Assembly: GCF_001194135.2 (NCBI RefSeq)
Contig: NC_068990.1
Location: forward strand, 45,512,092-45,547,203
DNA length: 35,112 bases
From: Octopus bimaculoides
Lineage: Eukaryota
Direction: 5' to 3'
Below, one piece after another: positions 1 through 12,414 of the stretch. A program made the translations under genes and the position numbers. The notes beneath the pieces were generated by a model. It made no database searches and was not told where the DNA came from. It was given only the letters and a program-made list of their open reading frames with translations. Every line of letters starts with the position of its first letter. Positions within the stretch are counted from its first letter, which is position 1.

Positions 1-368
1 ATTATCGAAATAAGACAATTTTTAACGTGAATTAACTTCGAATACAAAATTTATTATCTGTTCTATACCACAAAATATACAAGTATACAAAGTTTGAAAG
101 TGTTTCGGTACCAAAAACACTACATAAAAAAATGTTGCCCGTCAAATCACAAAGGTCCTGAAAAGCAACCCATATCTTTTTAACCGTCAGAATTTATTCA
201 TGGTCATTACACAAAAAAAACAAAAAAAAAAAAAACAAATTATAATATTATTCTAATTGATAGTATCCATTATCATGAAAACATAAAATTAGTTGGCAGG
301 ATTCTTTTAATTGTTTCATTCATTTGACTACAGCCATTCAGAATTCTAGAGAATTGTACTGAAAGCCA

Positions 369-1080
369 GGGCTTTAGTCGAACAAATCGACCCCAAGACT
401 TATTCTTTGTAAGCCTAGTTTATTCTATCAGTCTCTTTTGCCAAATCGTTGAGTTACAGGGACACAAACATACCATCGTCAGTTGTCAAGCAATGGCCGA
501 CACACACACACACACACACACACACAGATATGCGATTGGCTTCTTTCAGTTTCCACTCGCAAAGCTTTGGTCGGCCCAAGGTTATAGAAGACACTTGCCC
601 AAAGTGCCATGCAGTGGGATACTCTGCTCACGTTTAACCTGCAGCAAATACAAATGGAAAGTATTTGTGAGAAAAGCTGTTATGGCTATGTGTTTAAAAA
701 TGTTACTTTTCAATCATGTGTTTTCGGGTTCAGTCCCATTGCGTGGTACCTGGGACAATGGCCTTCTAGTATAGCACTAAACTGACCAATGCCTTGTGAG
801 TGAATTTGGTAGAAGGAAACTGTATGGAAGCCTGTCATATATATATATATATATGTATATATACACACACATACATGTGTGTATTTGTTTCCACCACTGC
901 TTGATAACAGTGTTGGTTTGTTGACGTCCCAGTAACTTAATGGTTTGGCAAAAACAATCGATAAGAAGTACTAGATTTAAAACATGTACTGGGGTTGGTT
1001 TATTTGACTAAAACCCTTCAGAGTGGTGCTCCAGTATGACCACAATCCAATTACCGAAACAAGTAAAAGATCAAAGATAA
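369..1080. mobile_element. Cluster of SINE-like repeats with (CA)n/(TA)n
   Basis: Motifs tttcagtttcc...caaggttatagaagacacttgcccaa.gtgccatgcagtggga and its reverse complement ttgtgagtgaatttggtaga.ggaaactg recur throughout the window. Confidence 0.75.
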
Positions 1081-1689
1081 ACCAGCCTGTAACAATACAG
1101 ATCAAACGTATATCCTGCATTGTGTTCCTTTTCATTTATCTTGCATAATTATACTGTGCAACAATGATCGGCAAATTATTGTTGAATGGTATGAATTTCT
1201 TTTCCTTTTTGAAACTAGAAAAAAACAAACAAACTATATTCTGACGTCATCATCATCATAATTAGAAATCTACACCTTTGAAAACATATCATCATCATCA
1301 TTTAACTTCTGTTTTCCATGCTGGCATGGGTTCATAAAATTTCATTTCAAAATATGCAAAAGCACCCATGCCAGTGACATGTGAAATGCACTTGTACTGG
1401 TGACACATTTCATTTAACTGCTATGTAGTTAAAATGAAGGTCAACTCCATCCTGTATTTTTGAATCAGAAAAACCCCCCAAAAAACTAGGCAGTAATTCT
1501 TGGGGAAAAATAAACATAACACATTCACAGGATCCCTTGAATGAACTTTTTGTTATTGACATATGAAGTTCTGGTCAAACCATTTATACATCAAAGGACA
1601 CTGGAATATATGCCACTCAGGATTCTAGAGAATTGTACTGAAAGCCATCATAGAAACTAATTCTCCAGAAATTCTCCATATTTAGAGGC

Positions 1690-1970
1690 AATTGTTTAGC
1701 TGTGTGGTTAGGAAGCTCACTTTGCAACCATTTGGTTTTAGGTTCAATCCCACTGTGTGGCATACCTTAGGTGAGTGTCTTCTGCTATAGCCCTGGGTCA
1801 ACAATTACCTTGTGAGTGAATTTAGAAACTGTAGGGAATCCTGTCATATATATCTTCATCATTTAACATCCATTTTCCATGCTAGCATGGGTTGGACAGT
1901 TTGATAGGAGCTGGGTAGGTAGAAGATTGTACCAAGCTTCACTGTCTGTTTTGGCATGGCTTTTACGGCT
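1690..1970. mobile_element. SINE-like repeats, same families
   Basis: tagctgtgtggttaggaagc...ggttcaatcccactg...ttgtgagtgaattt, then a catc-ended stub. Confidence 0.7.
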
Positions 1971-1974
1971 GGAT

Positions 1975-3208
1975 GACCGATTGGCTGAAAAGTTCATAGG
2001 CTAATCAAGATACTCTCATGGAATGTAATCAAATGAGGTTTATTTTTCAACATAATCCCTCTTGTGCTCTACACGCTTCTTCCATTGGTGTTGCAGTGTT
2101 TTGGATCCCAATGAGGAAGAAGCTTTCATCCTGTTGGTCAAAAAAGTCATCAGAAACAGATATCATCACTATGATACTGGTTGCGAGCCAAGTGTTTTTT
2201 CATGCTGGGGAACAGATGATAGTCAGGAGAACAGGAAGGCTAATCAACCAGTTCAAAGCCACAGTCATATGCAGCAGCCATTGAAATTAAGGACTAGTGT
2301 GGTGAAGCATTTCCTGATGAAAGAGTACCCCTTTTGTCAATTTTCCTGGGCATTTTGTCTTCATAGCCTTTTGTAACTACCTCAGCATTGATGGTGTGGC
2401 CCTTTTTGAATATAGTCATTAAATACAATGCCTTTTGCATTAAAAAAAAAACTGAGGTCATCACCTTCCCTGCAGATGAAATGACTTTGGCCTTCTTTGG
2501 AGCAGGTGAGGAGGGTGTTCCACTGCATAGATTGTCTCTTTATCTCAGGCTCAAAGTGATGAACTCGACACAAATCTTGGGTTAAAAAATGCTCATTGAA
2601 ACCAGCAAGATCTGCCTCAAACAAATGTCAGATTTTCCCATGATGTGATCTGCCTTATGTGCTTTTGATCAGCTGCAGAAGATATGGTACCCACCAAGCA
2701 GAAACCTTCGTCACACCAAGTTCATTGTGTAGAATATTCTCAACTCTCTCATGGGATATACTAATAGCATTGGCTATATGATTTATAGTTGTCTGCCTGT
2801 CATCCATCACCATGCAGTGAACACAATCAATATTTTCCTCAGTGGCCCCTCAGGATGTCCAGACCTTGGGTCCCTTCCCCTCCTAAATTCAGTTTCCCAC
2901 TTTTGCACTTTTGATAAAGCTGGAACATTGTATCCTAATGTAGTAATCATGTCAGCCTGACTGTCCTTGGGGAGTGGGGTAGGGGTGGGAGCTAAACCGT
3001 TTTTCTGCAGGTGTATGATAACACCATGATGCCAGATTTTGTCCATTTTCAAGGGAAGTCACTATTAGTTACTTTTGAAGTCTTCTTTGAACAGTGAGAT
3101 GTCAGTTTACCTAGAAAGAAACAATTCAGTTATCAATAAGAATATTTGAAATCAATACATGTAAGATTTTACAGTTCTATCAACACTCCTTCATAGTCAC
3201 CCTTATAT
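1975..3208 (-). mobile_element. Near full-length decayed mariner (DD34D-type) transposon; transposase pseudogene about 2040-3046
   Basis: Minus-strand fragments MDKIWHHGVI..., KVQKWETEFRRGRDPRSGHP, TQD..VHHFEPEIKRQSMQW and FFNAKGIVFNDYIQKG, with stops and frameshifts. TIR-like ttggctgaaaagttcataggct at 1981-2002; the other end is degenerate. Confidence 0.9.
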
Positions 3209-3570
3209 TAGGTGTGTGTTTGTGTTTGTCCAGTCCACTGTTTGGTTTATTTACACCTCTGTAACTTAGAAGTTCAGCAAAAGAGACTAGTAGAATATGT
3301 ACCAGACTTAAAAATAAGTGCTGTAGTCAATTTGTTTGACTAAACTCATTAAGACAGTGCATTGCATGGCTGTAATCTGATGATTAAAAAAAGTTAAAGG
3401 TAAAAGCCTTCTCTTCATAAATGTGGTAATTGCAACAAACTCAATTACTTTACAACAGATACCTACTCAGAACAAAGTGGTGGAGTGCTGAAGACACTCT
3501 TGATTTTACCATGCTTTTAAATCCTTCAGTATATCTGTTATTGTCAGGTGTTCAAATATTTTAACACTGT

Positions 3571-3754
3571 TTAACCATTTAGCATTTAATCTGACCAGAT
3601 CCAACCTCTCGCGCCTACCCTGCAATGCTATTCTAAAATTATACAAACACAACATTGAAATCTTGAAGTTATAAGATAATGTGTGAATAATTCAAAACAA
3701 TGTGAATAAATAAGCTTAACATTTGACAGAGTAATCTGAATACTAAGCTGTTAG
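3571..3754. mobile_element. piggyBac-like MITE (TTAA-CCC-type ends)
   Basis: Begins ttaaccatttagcatt and is a reverse-orientation copy of the element at 8348-8560 (shared internal sequence such as atttgacagagtaatctgaatactaa). Confidence 0.65.
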
Positions 3755-5849
3755 TGACTAAGTAACTGAGATCAGATAGCTACACTAACAGACTACACCT
3801 GGTACTTTAAGGTAATCCTTGCTAATTTCAAAAATACCATGAACTGGATAGATAAGCAGGAATTATGTAGTTTGCAAGCAACTATATTTTCTTCAGAATT
3901 GTATGTTTTAAATATCAGAGTTCATGATCCCACAAAAGAATTGCTTTTTTTCCTTCAAAATTTGTATACCTTTAATTTATTGCCCACTCCCCCCACAACC
4001 ATTGTAAAAAAAATAACAACAAAAAACAAATATAATAGTAATTCAGAATTTTATTTTTGCATTATTGCTATCTTGGATGTTAAAGAAAAATTAAATATAT
4101 CCTTAGGTAAGTTGATATTGTATATGTCTAGTTTTGAAATGATTGGTGAAACAAAATATGAAGGTTGTTTAGAAGAATAATATAATAATAGTGAGGCAAG
4201 TTTTCTCAAGAAACCTTTTCTCAAAAAAAATTAATGTTGAAACTACTTGGTTAGTTAAGCAAGAAAGGTATGTACACCAGCTGGCACATTTAGCTGCAGC
4301 TTATATACATTACAGAAACAGATGACTCTAATGACATTCAATCTCACTTTGACATCTATGGGTGAGTCCACTTGTATTACAGGTAAAAAGAAAAAAAAAG
4401 TTATGCAGTTTAAAAATCATTTCTTTCTACCAAAAAAAAAAAATACTTAAGAAAACTTGTTACTGCTACTGCCTCCCCCACTACTTTTTTATATATATGC
4501 TATTCAGAGGAGTTGAGATCTTTGTTGGCCATAAAAATTGTGGTGAACATTCTCTGCCAATCCCCAAATCCATACCTCCTTTCATTTTCTGCTTATCTGC
4601 AAAGCTATACCTCTTTCTCTAGCTTGACAATCAGTAAAGAGCTAGCAAAAAAAGAATAAAAAAGTCTTACAGTTTTTATTTTTTTATCTCTCAGTTCAGA
4701 TCTTGCCAATGTTGGCCTTGCCTTTCATCCTTCTAGAGTCGAGATTCCAGTTAGATACTGAGGCTGATTAAATTGGTTGTCATTTCTCCATAATATTTGT
4801 GGTCAGCCAATGTTAGAAATTGTTGTTGTTGTTAGTCTCTTTGTGAATTTGAATCTATGATCTGGTTGAAAATGAAGTTATTTTCATCACACACTTATTT
4901 AAAGAAGGTAAAAAAAAAGAATCACAACTTCTCATTTTTTTAATAACTTCTATGGCTTTCTGGGTTAGTGTCAATAATTAAAGTTTGTTTTTCTCAGTCA
5001 ATATTAATTGTGATAAACTACTGTTGCTAGTCTAGAAGGCAATCCTTTACTGTAAAATGGTATATTTGCTTGTCTATTGAAAATAGAGTAACATCTGTAT
5101 GAAACATGGAGTGCCATTAAAATACCAGTTTATTTGTAATTTTTTTTTCTAAGTCAAGGAACAAATAAATATTTCCTAGAAAATACAGAGATCTCTGTTG
5201 TAAATCAAAGTGGGAATAAATTGATTATTAAACTGAGCATTGGTTGTCTGCAGATTATAAAAATATCTCAAGGTATACACAATTCATTGTGGTTTATTTG
5301 TCTGATAAAAGTGTCATGTAAATTCCAGAGACTAAAGAAGCACTCAAATAAATAGAAAGTAAAAAAGTAATTAAAAAAATATATAAATAAATGAGATAAA
5401 AAAAAGCATGAGTAAAATAAAATAAAGTAATAAATGGACAAAAGAAAGCAAAAATGATAATCTTATGTAGTTTCTTTACATCTTTTAATGGGAATATTAC
5501 AATTAAATTTACGATAGAATAAAATTTAACTTGTTCAGATGAAAGCATGGAATATGAGATAAGAAACAGAACAAAAAACAAATTAGACATCTTATAATTA
5601 ATTACTGAAGAAATTAGCAATTAGAGAATTGTGGAAGAAATTTTTAGATGAAAGAAATTTCATTGTAATTGTTTTTATTAAATTCTGTTACATCAAAAAG
5701 CAAAAGTGTTATACTATTCCTTCATTTTATTTCTATCATTGTTAAATTGAGTTCACATGTAGCATTTAATACATTTCTTGTTTTAATTTATAGTAAGGAA
5801 GGCAAATAACCAGAATTGGTAAAGTATTGGATAAAATGCCTTCTAATAT

Positions 5850-6110
5850 TTCTTTATAGATGCAGGTATAGCTGTATGGTGAGAAGTTTACTTTCCAACT
5901 ACATGGGTCTTGGTTCAATTCCACTGGATGGTACCTAGAGTTTCTTCTATAACCCTGGGGTGGCCAAAGCTTTATGAGTGAATTTAGTAGATGGAAACTG
6001 AAAGAAGCATGTTATATATATGTGTGTGTGTGTGTGTGTGTTACTATCTCCCTCTCTTGACATTGCATGATAGTTGTGAGTGTCATTGTCATGCAAGTAG
6101 TATCCTTCAT
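5850..6110. mobile_element. SINE-like repeat with (TG)n
   Basis: gcaggtatagctgtatggtgagaag...ggttcaattccactg...tgagtgaatttagtagatggaaactgaaagaagc. Confidence 0.75.
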
Positions 6111-7039
6111 TTCTGGTTTTCTGTAAAAACACGTCTGGTGTGTTAGCAATTCTGCTAGCTGTACATGGTTACATATTCTAAAGAGGAGATGCAGTTGATT
6201 ACATGAAATCCACAATCCTAGAAAAAGGAAATGCATAGATTTCTGTAGTTTTTCGAACTCTGAGCATAAAAAGATGTAATGAAATATGGTATTTTGTCTG
6301 GCACTCTTCAGACTCTGTTATTGCATTACTCTTGCAAATCAAAAATAATACAAAATCCAGAAAACAAAAGTTGTTTTTTCACAGTACATGACTTGTAAAT
6401 TCTAAGTTCTAAGTTCTCTCTGTGCAACATGGTCCCCTGCTACATGAATTTCAAGCAACTTCAGTAAATTATTCTTTTCAAAATGCTTCTCTCTAGATGG
6501 GTCTGTCTATAGTAATCATATTTTGAATTCATTCTTCACATACCAACAAAACCAATCATCTCTGTGATCCCTTTTTTCAACCTACTCTCTTTACATATTA
6601 TCTTACAGCTAACTGATATTCCTGGTAACAATCCAATGAAGGAGTCATTCGACTTACTAGAAATAGAAGCCAAATCTTCAAATTACATCCTGTAATTTTA
6701 AAAAGAAAAAGTTGTGTATCACAAAGATAAGATGATCATGGCTTGAATGCCCTTAATCATAAGTCTGGTCTGCCAAGGCTCACCTGGGGCTAAATAACAC
6801 TTTTGATAATGAACCAATGAGAGAGCCCTTACATAGTGACTTGATCTTCATATGGAAACAATCTTTCTCAAATCACACTCTTTACAATGGAAGGGTTTAT
6901 TGGATAATATAGTTTTAGATACACTATCTAGGAACTAAAATGATATGGTTAAAGGTGGAATATCTTTATTAATAGGTCTGCTTAATCAGGTCTGGTCTGG
7001 AGATAAACTGCTACTGCTACTACTTTGGAGAAACCAGTA

Positions 7040-7373
7040 AAAGAACTAACATGTTGTCACCCAACTTGCTCAGGATAGAAGCCAATTCTCACCATCCTCC
7101 ACTCCTTTTGACAGGGGTGTCTCCTTCTTCTCATGACTTTCTCAAGCGGATACGTGCCTACAACTGTGCGTTCCAAATGACTTCCTTTGGCACCAACATC
7201 ATATGAGATGGGCATTTCAAGCCCTCCTTTAAAGTGCAGGGGCAGATTTACCATAGAATTGGTTCCCTGCAGCCGCATGACACTGCCTCGCCTCAGTTTC
7301 TTCAGCTCTACTTCGTGGGAGACTATGCTATACTTAACAAACAGTTCATGGCAACGCCGGGTACGCCTGCTAG
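7040..7373 (+). mobile_element. Helitron remnant: Rep/helicase N-terminal fragment joined to a Helitron 3' terminus
   Basis: Frame +1 from 7081 reads LLLTGVSPSSHDFLKRIRAYNCAFQMTSFGTNII*DGHFKPSFKVQGQIYHRIGSLQPHDTASPQFLQLYFVGD, matching the Helitron YN.AF.MTSFG...FK.QGQ.YHRIGSL...FLQ.YF motif, with one stop at 7204-7206. It ends gcaacgccgggtacgcctgCTAG|t (CTAG 7370-7373). Confidence 0.85.
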
Positions 7374-8347
7374 TTTTTTTTTTTTTTAAATCCAGAAATT
7401 TTTCATTAGTTATATTTTTAAATATTATTTTGGAAATTTACATAATGTGGGTTAAGTAGTTATCAGCGATTCCATTAAAAGGTCAATGAGATAAAAGATT
7501 ATTTCNNNNNNNNNNNNNNNNNNNNNNNNNNNNNNNNNNNNNNNNNNNNNNNNNNNNNNNNNNNNNNNNNNNNNNNNNNNNNNNNNNNNNNNNNNNNNNN
7601 NNNNNNNNNNNNNNNNNNNNNNNNNNNNNNNNNNNNNNNNNNNNNNNNNNNNNNNNNNNNNNNNNNNNNNNNNNNNNNNNNNNNNNNNNNNNNNNNNNNN
7701 NNNNNNNNNNNNNNNNNNNNNNNNNNNNNNNNNNNNNNNNNNNNNNNNNNNNNNNNNNNNNNNNNNNNNNNNNNNNNNNNNNNNNNNNNNNNNNNNNNNN
7801 NNNNNNNNNNNNNNNNNNNNNNNNNNNNNNNNNNNNNNNNNNNNNNNNNNNNNNNNNNNNNNNNNNNNNNNNNNNNNNNNNNNNNNNNNNNNNNNNNNNN
7901 NNNNNNNNNNNNNNNNNNNNNNNNNNNNNNNNNNNNNNNNNNNNNNNNNNNNNNNNNNNNNNNNNNNNNNNNNNNNNNNNNNNNNNNNNNNNNNNNNNNN
8001 NNNNNNNNNNNNNNNNNNNNNNNNNNNNNNNNNNNNNNNNNNNNNNNNNNNNNNNNNNNNNNNNNNNNNNNNNNNNNNNNNNNNNNNNNNNNNNNNNNNN
8101 NNNNNNNNNNNNNNNNNNNNNNNNNNNNNNNNNNNNNNNNNNNNNNNNNNNNNNNNNNNNNNNNNNNNNNNNNNNNNNNNNNNNNNNNNNNNNNNNNNNN
8201 NNNNNNNNNNNNNNNNNNNNNNNNNNNNNNNNNNNNNNNNNNNNNNNNNNNNNNNNAAGTTATATATAAAAAATATAAAAGATGGGTGTTCAAAGCCTGG
8301 AATGTTGACAGATTGATTTATTTGAGCTGTTACATATCATTGACATG

Positions 8348-8560
8348 CCCTTTAGCATTCACATTATTCTGTCAAAAGTAATGCTTTTTATTCACTTAGT
8401 TTTGAATTAATCATGTAGCTTTGAAATGTTGATGAGGTAACTGTTAATTTTTAGAATGATATTGTAGGTTTGGTGTGAGAGGCTAGATCTGGACAGTGTA
8501 AACATAAAACAAGTAGAATGTTTTAACTGGATATGGCCAGTTGAAATACTAAAGGGTTAA
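8348..8560. mobile_element. piggyBac-like MITE
   Basis: Inverted termini ccctttagcatt ... aatactaaaggg followed by TTAA at 8557-8560; second copy at 3571-3754. Confidence 0.7.
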
Positions 8561-8574
8561 CAACAGAAACAAAG

Positions 8575-8745
8575 GTGCATGTGCATACTCACACAAACTC
8601 ATATGCATAGACACACTCAAACATGCACACACAAGGAAGCAGAGGTACACACACATACATACATACACAAACACACAAGCATGCATACACACATAAACAT
8701 GAATATACAGAATGCATGCAAACATACATACACATACGTACATAC
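8575..8745. repeat. Degenerate CA/CATA-rich microsatellite
   Basis: Seen directly. Confidence 0.8.
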
Positions 8746-9072
8746 CAGTGGTGTGCAGTTGAGACATTCACTGCATGTCTGTTAATTTTTATATAACTCA
8801 AAAATCAATTTAAGAATGTAATATATTTATAACCACATTGAAAAGTTGTCCAAATCATTGGAAACTGAGTTAAAATAGTTACTTTGTTTCAAAGGAAACC
8901 CATCCAGATTGATACTTTGCTGTGTTCCCATTTTGCTTCCACTAGGCATGCTTAAAGCAAAACACATATGAAATCTTTGTCCACCCCCACTTTCCTATCT
9001 TTCAATAACTATCATTTCAATGCCTGTAAGATTCTTTTTTATCTCAACAAAATAACTATGGAAGGCATGCTT

Positions 9073-9619
9073 TCAGAAAAATGCACGTTTTAGCTTCTCC
9101 TCCCTTTCTATTAGTTCTTCTTTGTCAACAATTCTTTGTAATTGATGTCGNNNNNNNNNNNNNNNNNNNNNNNNNNNNNNNNNNNNNNNNNNNNNNNNNN
9201 NNNNNNNNNNNNNNNNNNNNNNNNNNNNNNNNNNNNNNNNNNNNNNNNNNNNNNNNNNNNNNNNNNNNNNNNNNNNNNNNNNNNNNNNNNNNNNNNNNNN
9301 NNNNNNNNNNNNNNNNNNNNNNNNNNNNNNNNNNNNNNNNNNNNNNNNNNNNNNNNNNNNNNNNNNNNNNNNNNNNNNNNNNNNNNNNNNNNNNNNNNNN
9401 NNNNNNNNNNNNNNNNNNNNNNNNNNNNNNNNNNNNNNNNNNNNNNNNNNNNNNNNNNNNNNNNNNNNNNNNNNNNNNNNNNNNNNNNNNNNNNNNNNNN
9501 NNNNNNNNNNNNNNNNNNNNNNNNNNNNNNNNNNNNNNNNNNNNNNNNNNNNNNNNNNNNNNNNNNNNNNNNNNNNNNNNNNNNNNNNNNNNNNNNNNNN
9601 NNNNNNNNNNNNTTTATAA
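9073..9619 (-). other. Candidate exon running into the 9151-9612 assembly gap
   Basis: Strong minus-strand acceptor gatttttcttctcattttttcag|TTATAAA at 9620/9619, immediately before the gap. Beyond the gap the frame RHQLQRIVDKEELIEREEKLKRAFF* (9150-9073) is open and in register with T-TAT-AAA if the gap length is exact. Most of the sequence is N. Confidence 0.3.
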
Positions 9620-9744
9620 CTGAAAAAATGAGAAGAAAAATCAACTCAGAGCAGTCATGAAACTGCTGGGACTACTTCCATCATGGTTGTTTGAATCAGA
9701 GTTGACCAATAGCTAACAGTAGTGACACTAACATTTGTCATATT

Positions 9745-9968
9745 GATTTCAAATTTTGGCACAAGCCAGCAATTCCAGGGGAGAGGTAGGTCAATTACAT
9801 TGCCCCCCCCCCTTCCCCAGAACTCAACTAGTACTTATTTTATCAACCCCCAAAAGGATAAAAGGCAAAGTTGATCTGGGCAGAATTTGAACTCTGAACA
9901 TATTGACAGACAAAATACCGCTAAGCTTCTTGCCCAGCATGCTAATGATTCTGTCAGCTTGCCACTTT
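9745..9968 (-). mobile_element. tRNA-derived SINE
   Basis: On the minus strand an A-box-like head and a B-box-like gttcagagttcaaattc; same family as the copies at 10830-11220, 12980-13425 and 29485-29699. Confidence 0.8.
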
Positions 9969-10829
9969 TACTAACATCTGTCATATTCCCAGAAAAATGT
10001 GGTACCTTATGGCCTCCAGCAAAGAAAACATTGCTTTAGTATGATAACCACTATGTTTTAAAGGTCATTGTTTAAATCTCAAAATGATATTTGGAAGAAA
10101 TTAAATATTTCTTGACCGTTGGCCTTTTTTTTTTAATTAGACTTATATATATATCAAGATTAAAAACGAGGTTAATTTACAGAATGATTATTTTTCTGTG
10201 AAGAAATTTTATAGAATTTGATATCCCAGGGAGAAGCTCACATTTATTTATTGTTTGCGAGTAAGTCTCCCAACAAACCCAGTAGGAATTGGCATAATAA
10301 TCAATCCAGTTGAGAATAGTATTTTATGAAATAAATAAATAAATAAATAGTGGAGAACCTCTTGTAATCAAAGCTTCCATTGGTAGGTAAATGTATTTTG
10401 TATCCACTTGGTGATTTGAGGGAGTTATACAGAAATTGTTTTGTTGGTGATTATTTAAAACCCATGGGAGGATATTAGCCATTTCTGTTCCAAGCTAGAT
10501 GAAACAGGCCATTCAGATTAAGTATCTTTATCATGAACTCTGTATAAACAATGAAGTCTTTTTGACTGACTGGGCCGGTTACACCCTTGTGACACTGTAA
10601 ATAAATCTCACAATCTTTGAAATTGCATATTATAAATTTCAACTGTATTAAACAGAGTTTGAAAAAAAAAAAAAGAATAATGATGATTCCAAATTTTGAC
10701 ACAAGGCCTGTAATTTTGGTGGAGGAGGTAAGTTAATTACATCAACCCCAGCACTCAGCTGGTATTTATTTTCTTCATCATCATTTAATGTCTGTTTTCC
10801 AGGCTGACATGCATAAATGAAATAATAAT

Positions 10830-11220
10830 ATTAATAATCCTTTCTGCAATAGGCACAAGGCTAGCAAGTTCAGAGGAGGAAGATTACATTGATCCCAGTG
10901 CTTGACTAGTACTTATTTTATTTACTTAGAATGTAAAAACAGATGAAATACTTAGTACTAAGCATTTTGCCTGGCATGCTCACAATTCTGCAAGCTCACC
11001 AACTTAACGTTAATAATACTAAAAGCACAAAGCCTGAAATTTTGTGGGAGGAGACTAGTCAATTACATCGACCCCAGTGTTTCACTGGTACTTAATTTAT
11101 CCACCCTGAAAAGATGAAAGGCGAAGTCAACCTTGGCAGACTCAGAGCGTAAAGACAGATGAAATGCTACAAAGCATTTTATCTGGTGTGCTAACAATTC
11201 TGCAGTCTCACCGCCTTAAT
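10830..11220 (-). mobile_element. Two tandem tRNA-derived SINEs separated by (TAA)n tracts
   Basis: Minus strand shows aaggcggtgagactgcagaattgttagcac... heads and aggc(c/t)ttgtgc...ttatta tails twice. Confidence 0.8.
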
Positions 11221-11221
11221 A

Positions 11222-12410
11222 ATAATAACTTGAAATCAAAACTGAACTCAAAGAACATTGTGACTGCCATCAACACTATAGTGCATCCATCCTGAAATGG
11301 ACACAAGTGGATATTAACCAACTCAATTGCACTACCTGAAAAACAATGATAATACATGGTGCCCTCCACCCTAAGGCTCTACATGAAGAGGGGTAAAGGT
11401 GGTTGTGAGATGATTAGTGTACAGGAGTGCATCAACAGTGAAATATTCTGCATGGCAGAATATTTGGTAAACAGCAAACAAGACCTGCTACTAATGCAGA
11501 AGGATTTACCAAAAAATGGACTTGAGAGTGCTTGTGAATTCCAATGACGAACAGCCAGTGAGAGAGAAGAGACCCTACTCTGCATGGTATTACATGGTCA
11601 GTTCTACCATGAAACTAACAACTTAAAAGACCAGGAAGCATCATGGTGACCTAAAAAAGAATACTGAAAGCCTAATCATTTCTGCCAAGGAATACTCAAT
11701 GAAAAGGGATATGTATCACACAAGTGCAATGAACCTCTGCAGAATGTGTGGGAAGAGGGTCAAAAGCGTGGTTCACTTTGTGAATGCTTGTGAAAGTCTT
11801 GTGCAGACACGACAAGGTAACCCAAAACCTTCACTGGCTACTGTGTTAGAAGTATGGGTACAAGGTAACGGGTGCTTGATACCAACATACACTGAAAAAG
11901 GTAATGGTAATGGATGAACAGGAGAAGGCAAAAATCCTCTGGGACTTTGACTTCCAGACAGACAAGGTATTAGAGCACCAAAAGCCGGATATAGTAACCT
12001 TTTGGAGGGACAAACAAGAGTGCTGAATAATTGACGTGGCAGTGCCAGGAGATCAACATTTCCTCATCAAAGAAAGAGAAAAGATTGATAAATATGGAGA
12101 CCTGAGATTTGAGATCGCTAAGATGTGACAGCTGCAAGAGTCAAACATAAAGGTTGTCCCTATTGTTATTGGACCATTGGGTTCAATACCACCAAACCTG
12201 AAAAAACATCTGGAAACTTTAAAAATACCCTACCATCTAAGTGTATTGCAAAAATCGGCATTACTTGGAGCTGCTCGCATATTGTGTAAAGTACTGTCTG
12301 TCTGAGGGCCTTGTTGTGACTTGACAGACAGTACAAACCCCTGGTAGACACAATACCTGCAATCAACAACATCATGATATTGGATACTGTGTGACGTCTT
12401 AAATAATAAT
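11222..12410 (+). mobile_element. 5'-truncated R4/Dong-clade non-LTR retrotransposon (RT C-terminus, CCHC finger, restriction-like endonuclease)
   Basis: Fragments KLNSKNIVTAINT, RLYMKRGKGG, CRMCGKRVKSVVHFVNAC, RHDK, KILWDFDFQTDKVLEHQKPDI, IIDVAVPGD..EKIDKYGDL and VPIVIGPLGSIP...LQKSALLGAARIL. (TAA)n flanks both ends. Confidence 0.85.
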
Positions 12411-12414
12411 ATGC

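Noticed and set aside
1131-1214. Minus-strand FQKGKRNSYHSTIICRSLLHSIIMQDK* faintly like the TMEM33 RRNPY..IIMKP region
   Set aside because: Low identity, premature stop and wrong exon boundaries; likely chance.
4316-4361. Plus-strand 46-nt exon-like segment ending at gtgagt (ETDDSNDIQSHFDIYG)
   Set aside because: Weak acceptor and no homology; such sites arise by chance in 35 kb.
5294-5620. 108-aa hydrophobic minus-strand ORF
   Set aside because: Results from an A-rich low-complexity tract; no splice or family support.
6100-6330. Minus-strand SARQNTIFHYIFLCSEF faintly like TMEM33 SANQQNILKFIACNE
   Set aside because: An in-frame stop lies just upstream and there is no matching splice sites or flanking similarity.
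7499-9660. Long X-filled ORFs in the ORF track
   Set aside because: Artefacts of translating N runs.
10215-10260. Plus-strand 46-nt exon-like segment ending at gtaagt (EFDIPGRSSHLFIVCE)
   Set aside because: No recognisable product or partner exons.
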